DNA of 64,000 nucleotides from Pavona decussata (Eukaryota): NCBI GenBank assembly GCA_977016875.1, contig CDRNST010000066.1, positions 1,674,001 to 1,738,000 of the forward strand, read 5' to 3'. Shown piece by piece: positions 10,861 to 22,530 of this stretch (position 1 is its first letter; each line of letters starts with the position of its first letter). The notes under the pieces were generated by a model. It saw only the letters and a program-made list of their open reading frames with translations, ran no database searches and was not told where the DNA came from. The position numbers and the translations under genes were made by a program.

Positions 10861-11808
10861 CAGAGTGAAAGAACAGTATTCATCATCGAAACAGTAGTTA
10901 CTATAGTAAATTTTTATTGATGTTAAAGGTTAATCAATGTAATATTTCATTAGAATGAACTTTGCTCAGCTGGAAAAGGGTTTGCATTTATAGTCTGTGA
11001 AAGCTGACGATAGACCACTCCTTGATCATCATAAAGTTCAGAAATGAGAAAAAGAAAACATGCTTTTTATCTTGTTGTTGTCAATGTAACACTCAGTTTT
11101 TGCTGTACACCGAAAAAACTGAAGCATGCTTACTTGGACGTGCATTCACACTGGAGATAAGAATAAATAAACAATACTGATTAGTTTATTTGTCTTAGTG
11201 GTTCAGCAGGGCTCAAGTTAAAATGGTTCGTAAAACGAGAACATTTTTAGAAATTGTATTTGACGCAAAACTACATCCCATCAATGAAATACGAACCTCT
11301 ACAAGCTTACATTTCATTGTTCAACTTTTAATAGATAATGTTTAAATCAACCATTGTTCTACTGACGGAGCTTCAAGGCCAGGTGGGAGCAAGAGCACCA
11401 GTTTGATTTCTTACCTGCGATCAGGCATTCTTTTTTTCTGGGGAGAGTGAAAGTGTGGCAGCGCGAGAGTCAGTGATCGGGAGCCTTGAATTTATGAACG
11501 TTATGGTCATATGACCAGCACATATGAAAAATGAATCAAATTTAAGTCAAACATATGTTAAATTTCTAGCTGTTAATAACTCACAGTTTCTCAAGACAAT
11601 TTTTAAAAGTGAAATTTATTTCCATATTTTCAATTCCAAGCCAGAGGAAAAGAAGGCCATTATAATCCTCAAAATCTTAACGTAATCAAATGTTGTTAAT
11701 CAACAAAAATTCCTTTCAAATGACATAAAACAAGTCCAGCTTGTTGTTTAAGTGCTACTGTCCAAAAGCAGTGAGACAAGTAAAGGATAATAACATGATA
11801 ATGGATAA

Positions 11809-13197
11809 TCATTTAACATGAGTAAACAAAAACTGAGGGAATTGTCCTAGTTTAGGACTTGTTCCATTTTTACCTTCTGTAGGATTCTTAAAGTTGAATG
11901 TTACATCAGAGTATTTGACATAGTTACTTCCATTCTCACCACACCAAGAAGGAGGCCCAGAGATGGATGCTACCACACAATGTGCAATACCTTGTAGGAT
12001 AACAACAGGTTCATCGAAGAAGACATCAAATCCTTCATACTGCACAGATCTGCTTTCCATTTTAACCGATGAAAATGTTCCTGTCTTGCATGCAAGCTCT
12101 CGAACAGAATTGGAAGGTTCCTTAGAAGGAGGACATGGACATCTACAAATCCTTAATTTGACAGTGTACTGGTTACTTTTGCTTCCAAACAAGGAAATCC
12201 CCTGTAACTTGATGGCCTTTGAAACCGAGAAAACCAGACCATCTTTCAAACCAGAATCATAAAACCATCCACGTTCCTTTGCCGAGCCAAATCTGCAACA
12301 CTGGAAGGCATTACCAACTCTTTCATTACATGGAAATCCCAGGGGAGATGTTAATTGAACTGAGTTGTAATACTTCATTACATCATATACCTCTTTTGGT
12401 GTTAGGATGTTACTGTCCAAGACAGCTGCTGCAAACTCTTTCTGCTCCATTACTGGAAAGCGTATTGCTTTTACAATTTGCTCCCCCAGAATTCTTCTTT
12501 TCACGGTCCCATCCGCTTCTAATTCTTTTCTCTCGCATTCTCTGGCTGCCCATTTGTCAACTGCGTTGAACAACTCCACCTCTTTTATCCTCAACGTATT
12601 TCTCTCAACTAACACTTCCAATACAGATTTTTCAATCGTTATGAATCCAGTGGATTTCACTGCCTCTTCTGCATATTTATCTACAGCACACCAGCATTGC
12701 TCCAAGAGCCTTTTCTCATCGTAAGTTTGAGCGCAATCCATCACACTGAAAACATTTGATCCATCCAGATTCTCTCCGAGATACTCAGTGCACTTGTCAA
12801 CAAGAGCTGGGACGATGTATTTCTTGGCTAAGTACAGTACTTGCATGACATTGTCCGCGGTTAGGTCAACTTCGTCGCTGTAGAGAAAACGAAAGAGTTC
12901 CAACAGACTCTCGTACTCACAGTCAGGTACATTAATGGAATCACTCTTGTCTGCCAGTTCACCGTAAAACATTGCATAAAACACGGGACTACCGATTGCT
13001 AGTACAAGCTTGTGAGCTGGAATAACCATCTTACACTTCTTTGAATCCAGTTCCAAGGAATCATCATCATTTTCGTCCAATGACATTTCAACCACAAAAT
13101 TTACGTCGCTCAAAAGCTCATTGTTAAAGAGATACAAACTTCTTTCTCTGACAGTTGGGCGGTTAGTTTGCCAGTTGTCCTCTGTAACACTAGACAT
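11809..13197 (-). CDS. BTB/POZ-BACK-PHR protein (BTBD1/2/3/6-like), single-exon CDS, 462 aa
   Basis: LFNNELLSDV, IPAHKLVLAIGSPVFYAMFYG, LYLAKKY, IRFPVM, and PHR end NGTS...GQFPQFLF. Clear paralog of 140..1483. Confidence 0.94.
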   Translation of the reverse strand: MSSVTEDNWQTNRPTVRERSLYLFNNELLSDVNFVVEMSLDENDDDSLELDSKKCKMVIPAHKLVLAIGSPVFYAMFYGELADKSDSINVPDCEYESLLELFRFLYSDEVDLTADNVMQVLYLAKKYIVPALVDKCTEYLGENLDGSNVFSVMDCAQTYDEKRLLEQCWCAVDKYAEEAVKSTGFITIEKSVLEVLVERNTLRIKEVELFNAVDKWAARECERKELEADGTVKRRILGEQIVKAIRFPVMEQKEFAAAVLDSNILTPKEVYDVMKYYNSVQLTSPLGFPCNERVGNAFQCCRFGSAKERGWFYDSGLKDGLVFSVSKAIKLQGISLFGSKSNQYTVKLRICRCPCPPSKEPSNSVRELACKTGTFSSVKMESRSVQYEGFDVFFDEPVVILQGIAHCVVASISGPPSWCGENGSNYVKYSDVTFNFKNPTEGKNGTSPKLGQFPQFLFTHVK

Positions 13198-13370
13198 GCT
13201 CGCTTATGCGAAGATCTACTGCGAATCTCTAAGTTAAAATTGTGTTAGTAGCAGAACTTCAGTGCCGTCAAAATGGCAAATGCGAAAAGCGACAGGCGTT
13301 CCCTAAATTAAGAGGGACCTGGTACCTAGTACAGGCAACTTCTGGGCGCCCACAAAAACGACCTGGGGCA

Positions 13371-13610
13371 GGGGGGCGTTTCTCGAAAGTCCCGGTAACT
13401 TCCCGTGCCCGATAAATGTCTTTGGAAATAAATGTTTCTTAACAGAAGTCAATTTTTGTTAGCTTTGGATACTAAATTTTAAAATCTTATAATTCTATGA
13501 AAACATTGGCCAAGTACCATGTATGTAATTACTGTGAAATCGGCGAAAAAAAAGTAAAAAATATACTTATCGGGCCCGGTATTTTCGGGAGCTTTCGAGA
13601 AACGGGCCCC
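13371..13610. mobile_element. Harbinger-like MITE
   Basis: TIRs ggggcgtttctcgaaag...ctttcgagaaacgggcccc with CWG-type flanks. Confidence 0.7.
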
Positions 13611-14281
13611 TGCCCAGAGGGGAACGGAGTTCTCCAATTTGGTGTGTTACACTGTAAGTAAGTTTCACGGGCGTACGAATGTTCTCCTGGTACTAGGACA
13701 CCGTATGCTGGAAAACTGTGTTCGGCCACCTTAATTTGGAAAAATCCCTTGGAATGAGATTGGTATCAGGGTGAATAAACGGCGTAGTTACTAAAACAAG
13801 GAATGACCTAAAATGATCTAAAATGACCTTAAATGACCTAAAATGATCTAAAATGATCTAAAATGACCTAAAATGACCTAAAATGATCTAAAATGACCTA
13901 AAATGATCTAAAACAAATCTGAAATATTCTTAAATGATCTAAATGAAGTGAAACCAAGATAAAATTACAGAATTACAGAACTGAGTGCTTACCAAAGTAA
14001 AGGCCGATACCAGGAAGCTGCTGTGAACTGCCGGAAAGACAGAAGGAGACTCGAAAAGTGCCGTAAGCCAATTCGATGACAAAGTTGCGTAAACAAACCG
14101 CACTAGAGCGAATCTTTTTTTTTTTGGTCGGTCTGAAAGACCCAAAAATATCGGCACTGACCAATTTTTTTCGGGTTCGTTTTCCGGTCGCACATTAAAA
14201 GCCACACGACAAGGCTAAATACTTGTGTAACTACACTGATAAAACGCTTTTGTAAACAATGTAAAGGCATATCTGTGCATC

Positions 14282-14589
14282 AATAGTCCTTATCACGATT
14301 TTTGGTATTTTTTCCCGCGAACTATTTTTAGTAGCAGCTCACGGCTGGTTCGCTATGCAGACAAATGCATGAAAAATTCAAAACACGACTGGACGCTTTC
14401 TGGCACAGCTACGTCCCTCTAATTTTTTTTTAATCCTCTTTCTAGTGCCAAAAGTTTCCAATTCATGAATTTTTTAGAAGCAATGTTTTATCAAAATTAT
14501 TTGACATCGGATTTCCATACAAACGCTGTTTTTTCAAGCCTGTTTGCCTACTCGTCAAAATGGCGCCGAAAACCGTGATAAGGCCTATT
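14282..14589. mobile_element. MITE nested in the Foldback-like element, same family as 4171-4479
   Basis: Ends aatagtccttatcacg / cgtgataaggcctatt. The right half matches the arm of the 4171-4479 palindrome. Confidence 0.75.
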
Positions 14590-14669
14590 TCCTTAAATAA
14601 ACACGCAGTTAACAAGTTAAGGGTAGCGCATGAATAAAAGATAACTCTGTGCCAGTTCCATATAAAATA

Positions 14670-14822
14670 GCTGCATCAGTCAAAACCGCGTTGCTGGGCG
14701 AAAAATAGAACTTCGCTTCGTACCAATCAAAACCGCGTTGCTGAGCGAAACTTGGAACTTCGCACCAATCAAAACCACGTTGCTGGGGAAAAACTAGACA
14801 CTGCATCAATCAAAGCCGCGGT
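14670..14822 (+). repeat. Three to four imperfect ~40-47-bp tandem repeats (caaaaccgcgttgctg...)
   Basis: Direct repeats read from the sequence, immediately upstream of the hammerhead motif. Confidence 0.75.
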
Positions 14823-14844
14823 TGTGATACAGTAATTATCGGGA

Positions 14845-14889
14845 ATTTCCCTGAAGAAGTCTCCGGTAGAGACGAAACGCGTCGGAAAT
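14845..14889 (+). ncRNA. Minimal type I hammerhead ribozyme (Penelope-like element type)
   Basis: atttcc-CTGAAGA-a-gtctc(cggta)gagac-GAAA-cgc-GTC-ggaaat. Stem I 6 bp, stem II 5 bp, palindromic ACGCGT stem III, GUC cleavage triplet. Confidence 0.8.
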
Positions 14890-15844
14890 AAACTACCAGG
14901 AGTCTTCTGTTGTGCTGCTCACTAGTCTTTGTTATAAAATTAAAAAAATAAAATCATTTTAAATCATTTTAGGTCATTTTAGATCATTTTAGGTCATTTT
15001 AGATCATTTTAGATCATTTTAGGTCATTTTAGATCATTTTAGGTCATTCCTTGTTTTAGTAACTACGGAATAAACGGCCGGCTTGTAGGAATCGATGATA
15101 CTGAAGATATGTGTTTCACCATTTGCAAATAAGTACTACATGTATTTCAACGTGCAGCATTAAGCCACAATCCCTATTGGAATTGGAATTGGAGGGCTGG
15201 CTCCACTAACTTTTGCACTTGGATCAGGAGCCATAATCAGGGATGGAGACCGTAAGGCCGGAGACATGCCATTTTGATTTATCGCTTGTCCCCATGCCGG
15301 TTGTACCGAAAACAATCTATTTTCTTAAAAAATGGCGCCATACACGCATGTTAATGGTCAGGATCGCGCGTGGAAAAATTGAAAGTTCAAAATGGCGCCC
15401 AAATTTTAAAATTCAGCTAGGGAATATCTCCTCGGTGGACGCATTTAAGGTATACTTAGACTCTCACAACGAAAAGGTAACGATTAAAAGAAGACGGGGA
15501 AAGTTGGAATTTAAAGCATAATGATCACATGACTCTCATAGTAAAGTAAAAAAGGCGAACTTTTTCTTAGCTGCTTTCTATCACTTTTGCCAGTATGATA
15601 TGGTTCAAATGCCGAAAAATGTCTAAAGTTTATTCACTTGTTGTTGGAGAAAGTCTAAATGATCAGACTTCTCAAATAAAATTTCAGTTTATCAGTATTG
15701 CGGAGAATATTTCATATTTGTACTGTAAGGTTTATTGTTTTCTACTCAGCCAGGAGAATTTCCCGGAGTTGTCCCAAATGCTTTAGTTTACAGCTGTAAT
15801 TTAGTAAGCTTAGAGGGACGAACTTAAACATGTCAGTGCAGGGT

Positions 15845-15918
15845 TAATCTCGTACCCAGATCTCCCACGGACATTTCGACATTCCCGAACCGACGACTGA
15901 GATCGGGGTACGAGATTA
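15845..15918. mobile_element. 74-bp mini-MITE with a 9-bp TSD
   Basis: taatctcgtaccc...gggtacgagatta; TSD GTGCAGGGT at 15836-15844 and 15919-15927. Confidence 0.88.
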
Positions 15919-16429
15919 GTGCAGGGTAATAAAATTTTATTTTCGCATTCGAAGTATCTAATTATTTAACAATTATATTGAATTTTGTCGAAACCCAACT
16001 GGACTTTCTCGTTTTTTCCCGTAGCCCCACACAAATTTGCGTGCACCCTTGCAGGTTTATGACGTGAAGGGTGTCGCAATTTTTTCTAAAAATAGATTTT
16101 TGGGTGTACAACACGTTGGTCTGCGTGGACCCCACGCTTACGGTCTCATCCCTGATTATGACTCCTGACTTGGATTTATTACAAGTTAGCCATTTAATAC
16201 CAACTAAAAACTGGGAAAAACAAATAACCAAATGCAAAAAGATCGGAGTACGTGTAATTTAAAAGAAATAAATGACTGGTAATGAAGTCAGGGTCTTGAG
16301 AGTATGTTTAGGTGGGTAGGAGGGCACGCGGTGCGCGTTTCCTGCAGGGCCAGAGCCATGAAACACTCGCGTGGGTGTTGACCGACGCAGTTCTGTCAGA
16401 GAGGTTCGTGCTTGTTCGTGGTTGCAGTC

Positions 16430-16561
16430 CTGGCCCCGGTTGTTCAAAGAGCGGATAACTCTATCCAGCGGATAAAATGCACCCCAAACCGATACACTTT
16501 ATCCGCTGGACAGCGACTTATCCGCTGGGTGAAGCGGTTATCCGCTCTTTGAACAACTGGC
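16430..16561. mobile_element. Harbinger-like MITE (GGCCCC-GTTGTTCAAA ends); related copy at ~47780-48029
   Basis: Inverted termini and internal ATCCA(G)CGGAT repeats shared by both copies. Confidence 0.7.
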
Positions 16562-16960
16562 AACAACAACAACTTTATTTCACATTTCCCTGCATTTTCA
16601 AAATTTTCAAATTGTTATATATTACAGACTCTACATATGAATATACAATTACATTTTACACTGAATATATGTTATATATAAGGAAATGCCTAGCAGCTAG
16701 ATAACCGCATGGTTTTCAAGCTAGCAGCTAGTTCTTTGCAAGTAGTTTGGCGCCTGAACGCGCAGGGCTTGCGAAGTCTATTGGCATCATGCGTGCAGGG
16801 GGGAACTGACTGATAACACAGTGTTTTTCGCTTTGATACAACAATGCAGGTTCGCCTCTGAACATATGAAGAGTCCGATGCAAGGTTTTTAATTAGTTCT
16901 TGGGATGATGTAGATCGTCTGTAATCATACGTGCAAACTCGGAATTGCACACCTCTGTTT
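16561..16960 (-). mobile_element. Decayed 3' end of a non-LTR retrotransposon (CR1/L2-like)
   Basis: The minus-strand peptide RVCTYDYRRSTSSQELIKNLASDS..QRR resembles a LINE ORF2 C-terminus. It ends in AATAAA(GTT)n. Confidence 0.55.
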
Positions 16961-17995
16961 TGTTCTTTCCGCATCTCGCTCTTGTTATAATGAAGGTATA
17001 CAAACGTCGTGCGTCGTCTGTTTTTTTTTTCTTATCTCGTGTGGATAGTTTCTGATTTTCTTGATCAGTAGGGGTAACCATAAACAATTAATTTAAGAAG
17101 CACTTTGACATTTCTTGTATAACGGCTGTTTATTAAACTCTCCTAAAAGATCATGACTATATGTTATTAGGATCAGGAAGCTTGGACTCCGTTGCTTGTC
17201 GTGATAACTAACTGATTTCGCTTGACATTATACTAGAAAACATCCCGTTACTCTTCAGAATAAAATCAAGTTAAACCTTTGTTATGAGAGCTAATTTTCT
17301 ATTCAATTTCTTTGCAGTTGTGAAACTCTTTTAGCCATAAACGTGCTCTGCAATCAGTGATAGAAGTCCAATTTTTCGCCGTTAATTAGTGGATCTGAAA
17401 TATTGGGTCCAGGAGAAGGTCCAGAAATCGAACTAATAATCATTTCCACAAAACTTTGCCTGAAACTTAAACCTTATTCTTCATTTACAAATATAAATAA
17501 AACAGGTTACTTTACACTCCTAATCCGGCGAGCCTCGCGCAATGGGCGTGTCCTTTCCTGGTCGAGATGAAGATGTAGAAACCTTGAACTGAGAAGTGTG
17601 TTCCTAAACTTTTGAGCCTTTGGATAAAGTCCTAACATATCAGTGACCATTTTAACATGCCTAACCTGGAGATCAACCTGGTGATGGCAACAACGCTCCT
17701 TCTGTTTTTTTTTTTGTTGTTGTTTTGTTTTTTTTTTTCCAGGAAAGGAGAAAAGAGAACTAACATTTAGCGACTGATGACAATTCAAAACATAAGAGAA
17801 GCTCAATTAATTATTGGGTCTGGTCGGGTATTTTGATAAAATAGTTTTCAGTTTTCATTCTTATCTGGCGGAGTACCCGTGCAGCGGTCATCGGCTGGCC
17901 GCAGGTGGTCGCGTGCGGACACGCGCGTCAGAAAAGTCACTGGCAGCCAGGGTTTGAAAAGCTCCGTTTGTATCACAACTTTTTTCTCAACAGAC

Positions 17996-18241
17996 ATGAA
18001 ATTTTTGTTCTTGGTGTTCTTGCTGACTGTTTGCGTGATGCTGGTGACAGCTCGGTTTTTGGCTCGTCAAGAAACTCTTGAAGCACGTGACGCGAAGGGT
18101 ACGCCAGTTGCCTGGGATAAGCCGAAACTGTATCGCCATTGCAGTAACACTGGTGAATGGTGTGGAGCTGCCTCGGTCTGCTGTAGCGTCTTTGACGTAT
18201 GCCGTAACAACATTTGTATCTATAGACACTGGATTAGGTGA
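17996..18241 (+). CDS. Secreted cysteine-rich peptide precursor with an ICK (knottin) framework, 81 aa, toxin-like
   Basis: MKFLFLVFLLTVCVMLVTA signal peptide, a propeptide ending KLYR, and mature HCSNTGEWCGAASVCCSVFDVCRNNICIYRHWIR (C-x6-C-x5-CC-x5-C-x4-C). A pyrimidine-tract CAG acceptor lies 2 nt before the ATG. Confidence 0.8.
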   Translation: MKFLFLVFLLTVCVMLVTARFLARQETLEARDAKGTPVAWDKPKLYRHCSNTGEWCGAASVCCSVFDVCRNNICIYRHWIR

Positions 18242-18466
18242 ACTGTTCGTCAGTCCTTGTTTTAGAATTGTAAATGCGGAGAAAGTAACTCCCGTATCGA
18301 AAGTGATTAATGAACGTAAGCCGGGCTCTTGACGCGTTTAGCATTGTTTATTCATTTGACCGCTGCTAAGTTTAAAAAAATCCCCAACATTTGAAACGAA
18401 ACACAACAAAATGACAAAGGTTTTTAAAGAAAAAAAGGCCTCTTCTTCTTCTCTTCAGTTTGTTGC

Positions 18467-19288
18467 GGAACATTCCTGAACATCCTGGAAAATAAACGAA
18501 ATAAATTAATAAAAAAAATATATATACAAAAGAATATCAAAACTGAAAATGAGACAGACTAAATTATGAAAAAAACATAAGATAGATCAGTTTAACTCTT
18601 CCGACCGACAGTTTTCGGGTGAGTTAAAACTTTTGCTTCCACCTTTCCATGTGATTCACAAAACGTAATTAAAAAAATAAATTTAATGCGGTTGTAGTTC
18701 CTTTTGGACGTTACAATGTGTATGTTGGGATATTTTAGATAGCAGTTTTTCTTACCGTTTTGTGAAGCAATGGCTGATTCGGTTAACGATCGATATTGCT
18801 GTGAACTGAATATGGATGACATAAGAGGATGCTATTTATCGTAAATGCTTGGATAGTCTTATACGGTTTCGCGTGAATGTAAACTGTACGTGTGAAACCT
18901 AGACTTGCCTAAAAGTGCGAATGTGTAAGGTAGCGGAACCTCCCGGGAATTTAAACCAGGACATGAAAAACTGTCCTCTTCGTTTCCCGCATTTGACATC
19001 AGCGAGGAGAAGAAAGACAAGACAGTGAAGACAGTCGACAAGGCGCGTGACCAAATTGGCGGGAAAAATTGAGCTTTCACATAAATGTGACCGGATGAAG
19101 AACATTTTTGAACAGAGATTTTTCTTTTATTCTACTTAAACTGATTTTTTTTATCTTTTCCATAATATAGTTAGTGTCATTTTCAGTTTTCGTATATATA
19201 TTTTTTATATTTGTTTGTTTGTTTATTAATTTATTTCGTTCTATTTCATGTTCTGGGATGTTCCATGTTCCAGATTTTATCGACGGCC
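18467..19288. mobile_element. Non-autonomous element with ~130-150-bp TIRs (MULE-like), left end eroded
   Basis: 18467-18595 is the inverted counterpart of 19135-19288; the right end reads ttttatcgacggcc. Confidence 0.6.
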
Positions 19289-19371
19289 GAGTTTTGTTCG
19301 TCATACTGACCATCAACAATCTCTCCAAGCTGATTCATAAACTTTTTAGATGAACTTTAAATTCTCTCTTA

Positions 19372-19549
19372 CAGTGCGACGCGCCTTACCGTGGCCACCC
19401 AACAAACTTTTTTTTTTTACAAGTTTGCCAAATTAGGATATCTTCCTCCTTGCTCATAAAATACAAAACGACATGTGTATCCTGATTGGCTAACTTGTAA
19501 AAAAACGTTTGTTGGGTGGCCACGGTAAGGCCTAAGGCGCGTCGCATTG
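19372..19549. mobile_element. Tc1/mariner-type hairpin MITE with TA TSD
   Basis: TA-cagtgcgacgcgcc...ggcgcgtcgcattg-TA with ~70-bp arms. Confidence 0.75.
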
Positions 19550-22530
19550 TAAAATATACGTGAAATAAAACAAAACAAACAAAAAAAAACGCGATTCGTA
19601 TGGGAAAGATTATTCTTCAAAGAAAAGAAAAGGAAGCCTGAAGAAGAGAAAGCGTGATTCTTTTTTGCCCGAAAGAATTCATGAACTCATTTTGTCTAAC
19701 ATTCAATTCTACTTCGTTTGCATTTTTTCATTGCCGGTTACACCCCGTTGCACTCAGGAAATCTAACTATTCTGGGTATGACCCAAATGTCAGAATCCCA
19801 AATCGCGCCACCACCGAAGGTGATCAAGACAGTGTCAGTAATCGCGGGAGGCAGGAGTGTTGCCTAATCATCCGAATAAAGGGGTTATATGCATCGGAAG
19901 ACTCTTCTTGTTTAGGGCCTTATTGTTCAAAGAGCCTTCGGTAATAAAATCACTACCCTTTTTGTGGTGGTTGGAGTACATGCTATCCGCTCTTTAAACA
20001 ACTGGAACAGGAATCTTAAACATCCGCGCGGTCGAGGACGTTCATGCGCGTTCGTTGGATGGAGTGTTCGTGGTGTCTCTCTCAGCTGTTTTTTTCTGTG
20101 GTCACGGATCACTTTACCATCGTATGGAACGTGACGAGGTGCAATTGACAGAACTCCCCCATACCCCAGCTAATAATCTTACTCGATACAGTGTAGTCGT
20201 CATAATTATTCATAATTTTACGTTAGACAAAATATTAATGTATAGACCCATAATTTTGTCTATTTTGTGCAACTTTTCTTTTTTTTTTTTTTATTCATCC
20301 TCGTCTCTGAAAAGCCTCACTCAAGGAGCTTCAATAAAGTTATGTACCCGACCACTTCTTTCAGACTCGGATCCAGGATAAAAAATGACCATTTTCCGGT
20401 AATGGGGATCTACGGGGTCTTGGGCATGTTTCCCCGGGAAATGTCAAATTTTAACCGCTTGAAAGTGCCGTTTTCTTGGGTTTTCAAGTCACACCGACAG
20501 GCATTTTCCATATTCTAAAAATAACTATTTATTGTCAAAAACCAGACCGTTTACCGTGAAATGGTGGAAACCGATCTGGATGCGCGCCTTCCTTTCTTGA
20601 GGGTCTGCAACTTAACCTTCAGAGTTAAATGAAAACCAAACATAACGCGCTTAAATTAACCAACCCCACAGTTTTAAACAAAATATTTATTTTTTTGTTT
20701 TTTAGACATTCAATTGAAAAAAAAAAAAGCAGATACCGTCGAAAGTTTCACAATCTCAGGAGAATTACACAAAGATAATTATGTATTTGCATAATTATTA
20801 CTAAACAGTTACGTACACTATCTTACATAGTACTATATTAAAAGACTTTTTTTCATTTTAAGTGCTAGCTCCTTTTAAGCGAAAAAGAGGAATGAATCGG
20901 AGGGAATGGGGGTGGGTGGGTTAAACCGGTACAAACTGTGCTTTTACCCCTGCCCACCCCCCTGATGCCTCAGTCTGTTTTCTCTTTCATAGGAGACATT
21001 TCAATTTGGCCAACCCCCTTCTCCCCCTTTGTCTGTGACGCTGAAGTGTTTACTTTAAATACTACTACCAGTAAAGGTACTTCACAAAATACTAAGAAAG
21101 AGCCTATTTTGCCAAAAATAAGATTTTTAGAACACTTAATCCCACAAATTGGTGACAAGAAAATGAACACTGTATCAACTTTGAAAGCACTGCATAGCCC
21201 CCAGGTGCCCAAAAACACTAGTAGCACTTTGAGATCATTGTAGGTAGTTTAAAGCCACCCACCTTGCCAAATCTAGACAACTAGTGCATTATTAGTTGAT
21301 AATTTCCTCAAAAGGTCTCGTTGCAGAAGCAAGGACATCTCTCTCAAAACTCACCAAAAATGTTTAAGAGCTGCAAACTTTTTATAAATGTTGAGAGACA
21401 CCTTGAAACTAAGATTCAAAATTTTTCGTGTAGTACTGTTACCTTTTCTGAAAGCAACAAGAAAATTTTAATCGGTGCGAAATGGCAAATTCAACACTTT
21501 GCAAGATGGCGAAACTAGTCATTTTTCTGTGAGCCCATTAGGCTTTCTGAGTCTTACAAAAAAAAAAAAAATGATTTGGAGACTGCTTCACACAAAAACT
21601 CAACTCTGTGAGGTGCACCAAATTTGACTTAAATTTTGCAAGTCATGCATTTTCCATAAGACCAAATGCTAGCTAACTCTAATTTTTTTTACCAAACTAA
21701 CATGCTTGATACTGAACTTGACCTTGTGCAGTAAAATGTTTTTGACTAAAAACAGATAGTCAGGATGACAGGAAATACCCCTAATCCTGCAGCCCATGTT
21801 GCAATCACAAATTTAATCGAGACAATATAAATAAATAGCTTACTTTTAGATTTTATACACTGGCATGACAAATAAACAGAATGAATTTGCATTTGCACTA
21901 TATAAAATAATCAGTAGTTCAAAAATTCTGCAATGATGAACAGATCTACCTGCTCTGTACACTTCACAACATAAATAACACAATTAATTTTAATTTTTTT
22001 TGTTGTGTATAACGTCATGGCCAAAATAATACATTTGCAAGGTTTATTCTAGAAATAGGCTTAAGACCACCAACTTCAATTTAAATATAGCAGAATGGTA
22101 TTTTGTAATGAATATTTGCCTGTAAGTGATAGGACCATCTGGAAAATGATGCAAAAAGCAAATATTCAAAATGCAAAACCTCTTTGTGATAGGAAAACAA
22201 TTTTCCTTGTAATTTTTTTTTCTGGTGCATTTGATTCACTAACTCAAATTTTATGTGCTAACATGCAAATTGTAATAATTGTGTTGGCTGGTCTAGAATA
22301 AATCCTGCATTTACTCAAACCTTTGTAAAGGCTTGCATCACAGCAAAACATTAGACAGTCATGTTGCTGCTACCATCAGTTTTAAGTTACAAATCTGGGC
22401 TGGTTTAACAAGCCTATATACACTTTAAAGTTTCCAAGTCATTAGTCTAAACCAGGACATCACAAAATTGCAACAGTTATTTACACTAATTGTGAAATAA
22501 AATATATAATCTATTTATATAAATATTTAC

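Larger units (their letters stand above)
13783..15067. mobile_element. Foldback/MULE-like non-autonomous transposon with tandem-repeat TIRs and a 10-bp TSD
   Basis: Termini cgtagttactaaaacaaggaatgacc / ggtcattccttgttttagtaactacg. Arrays of AAATGA(C/T)CTA at ~13801-13910 and inverted at ~14951-15050. TSD GAATAAACGG at 13773-13782 and 15068-15077. Confidence 0.9.

Noticed and set aside
589-12724. Antisense ORFs overlapping the BTB and dioxygenase genes
   Set aside because: These are shadow frames of real coding sequence.
13801-13910. Regular short repeats as a CRISPR-like array (also 14670-14822 and 54643-54730)
   Set aside because: No unique spacers, eukaryotic context, and the repeats belong to transposons.
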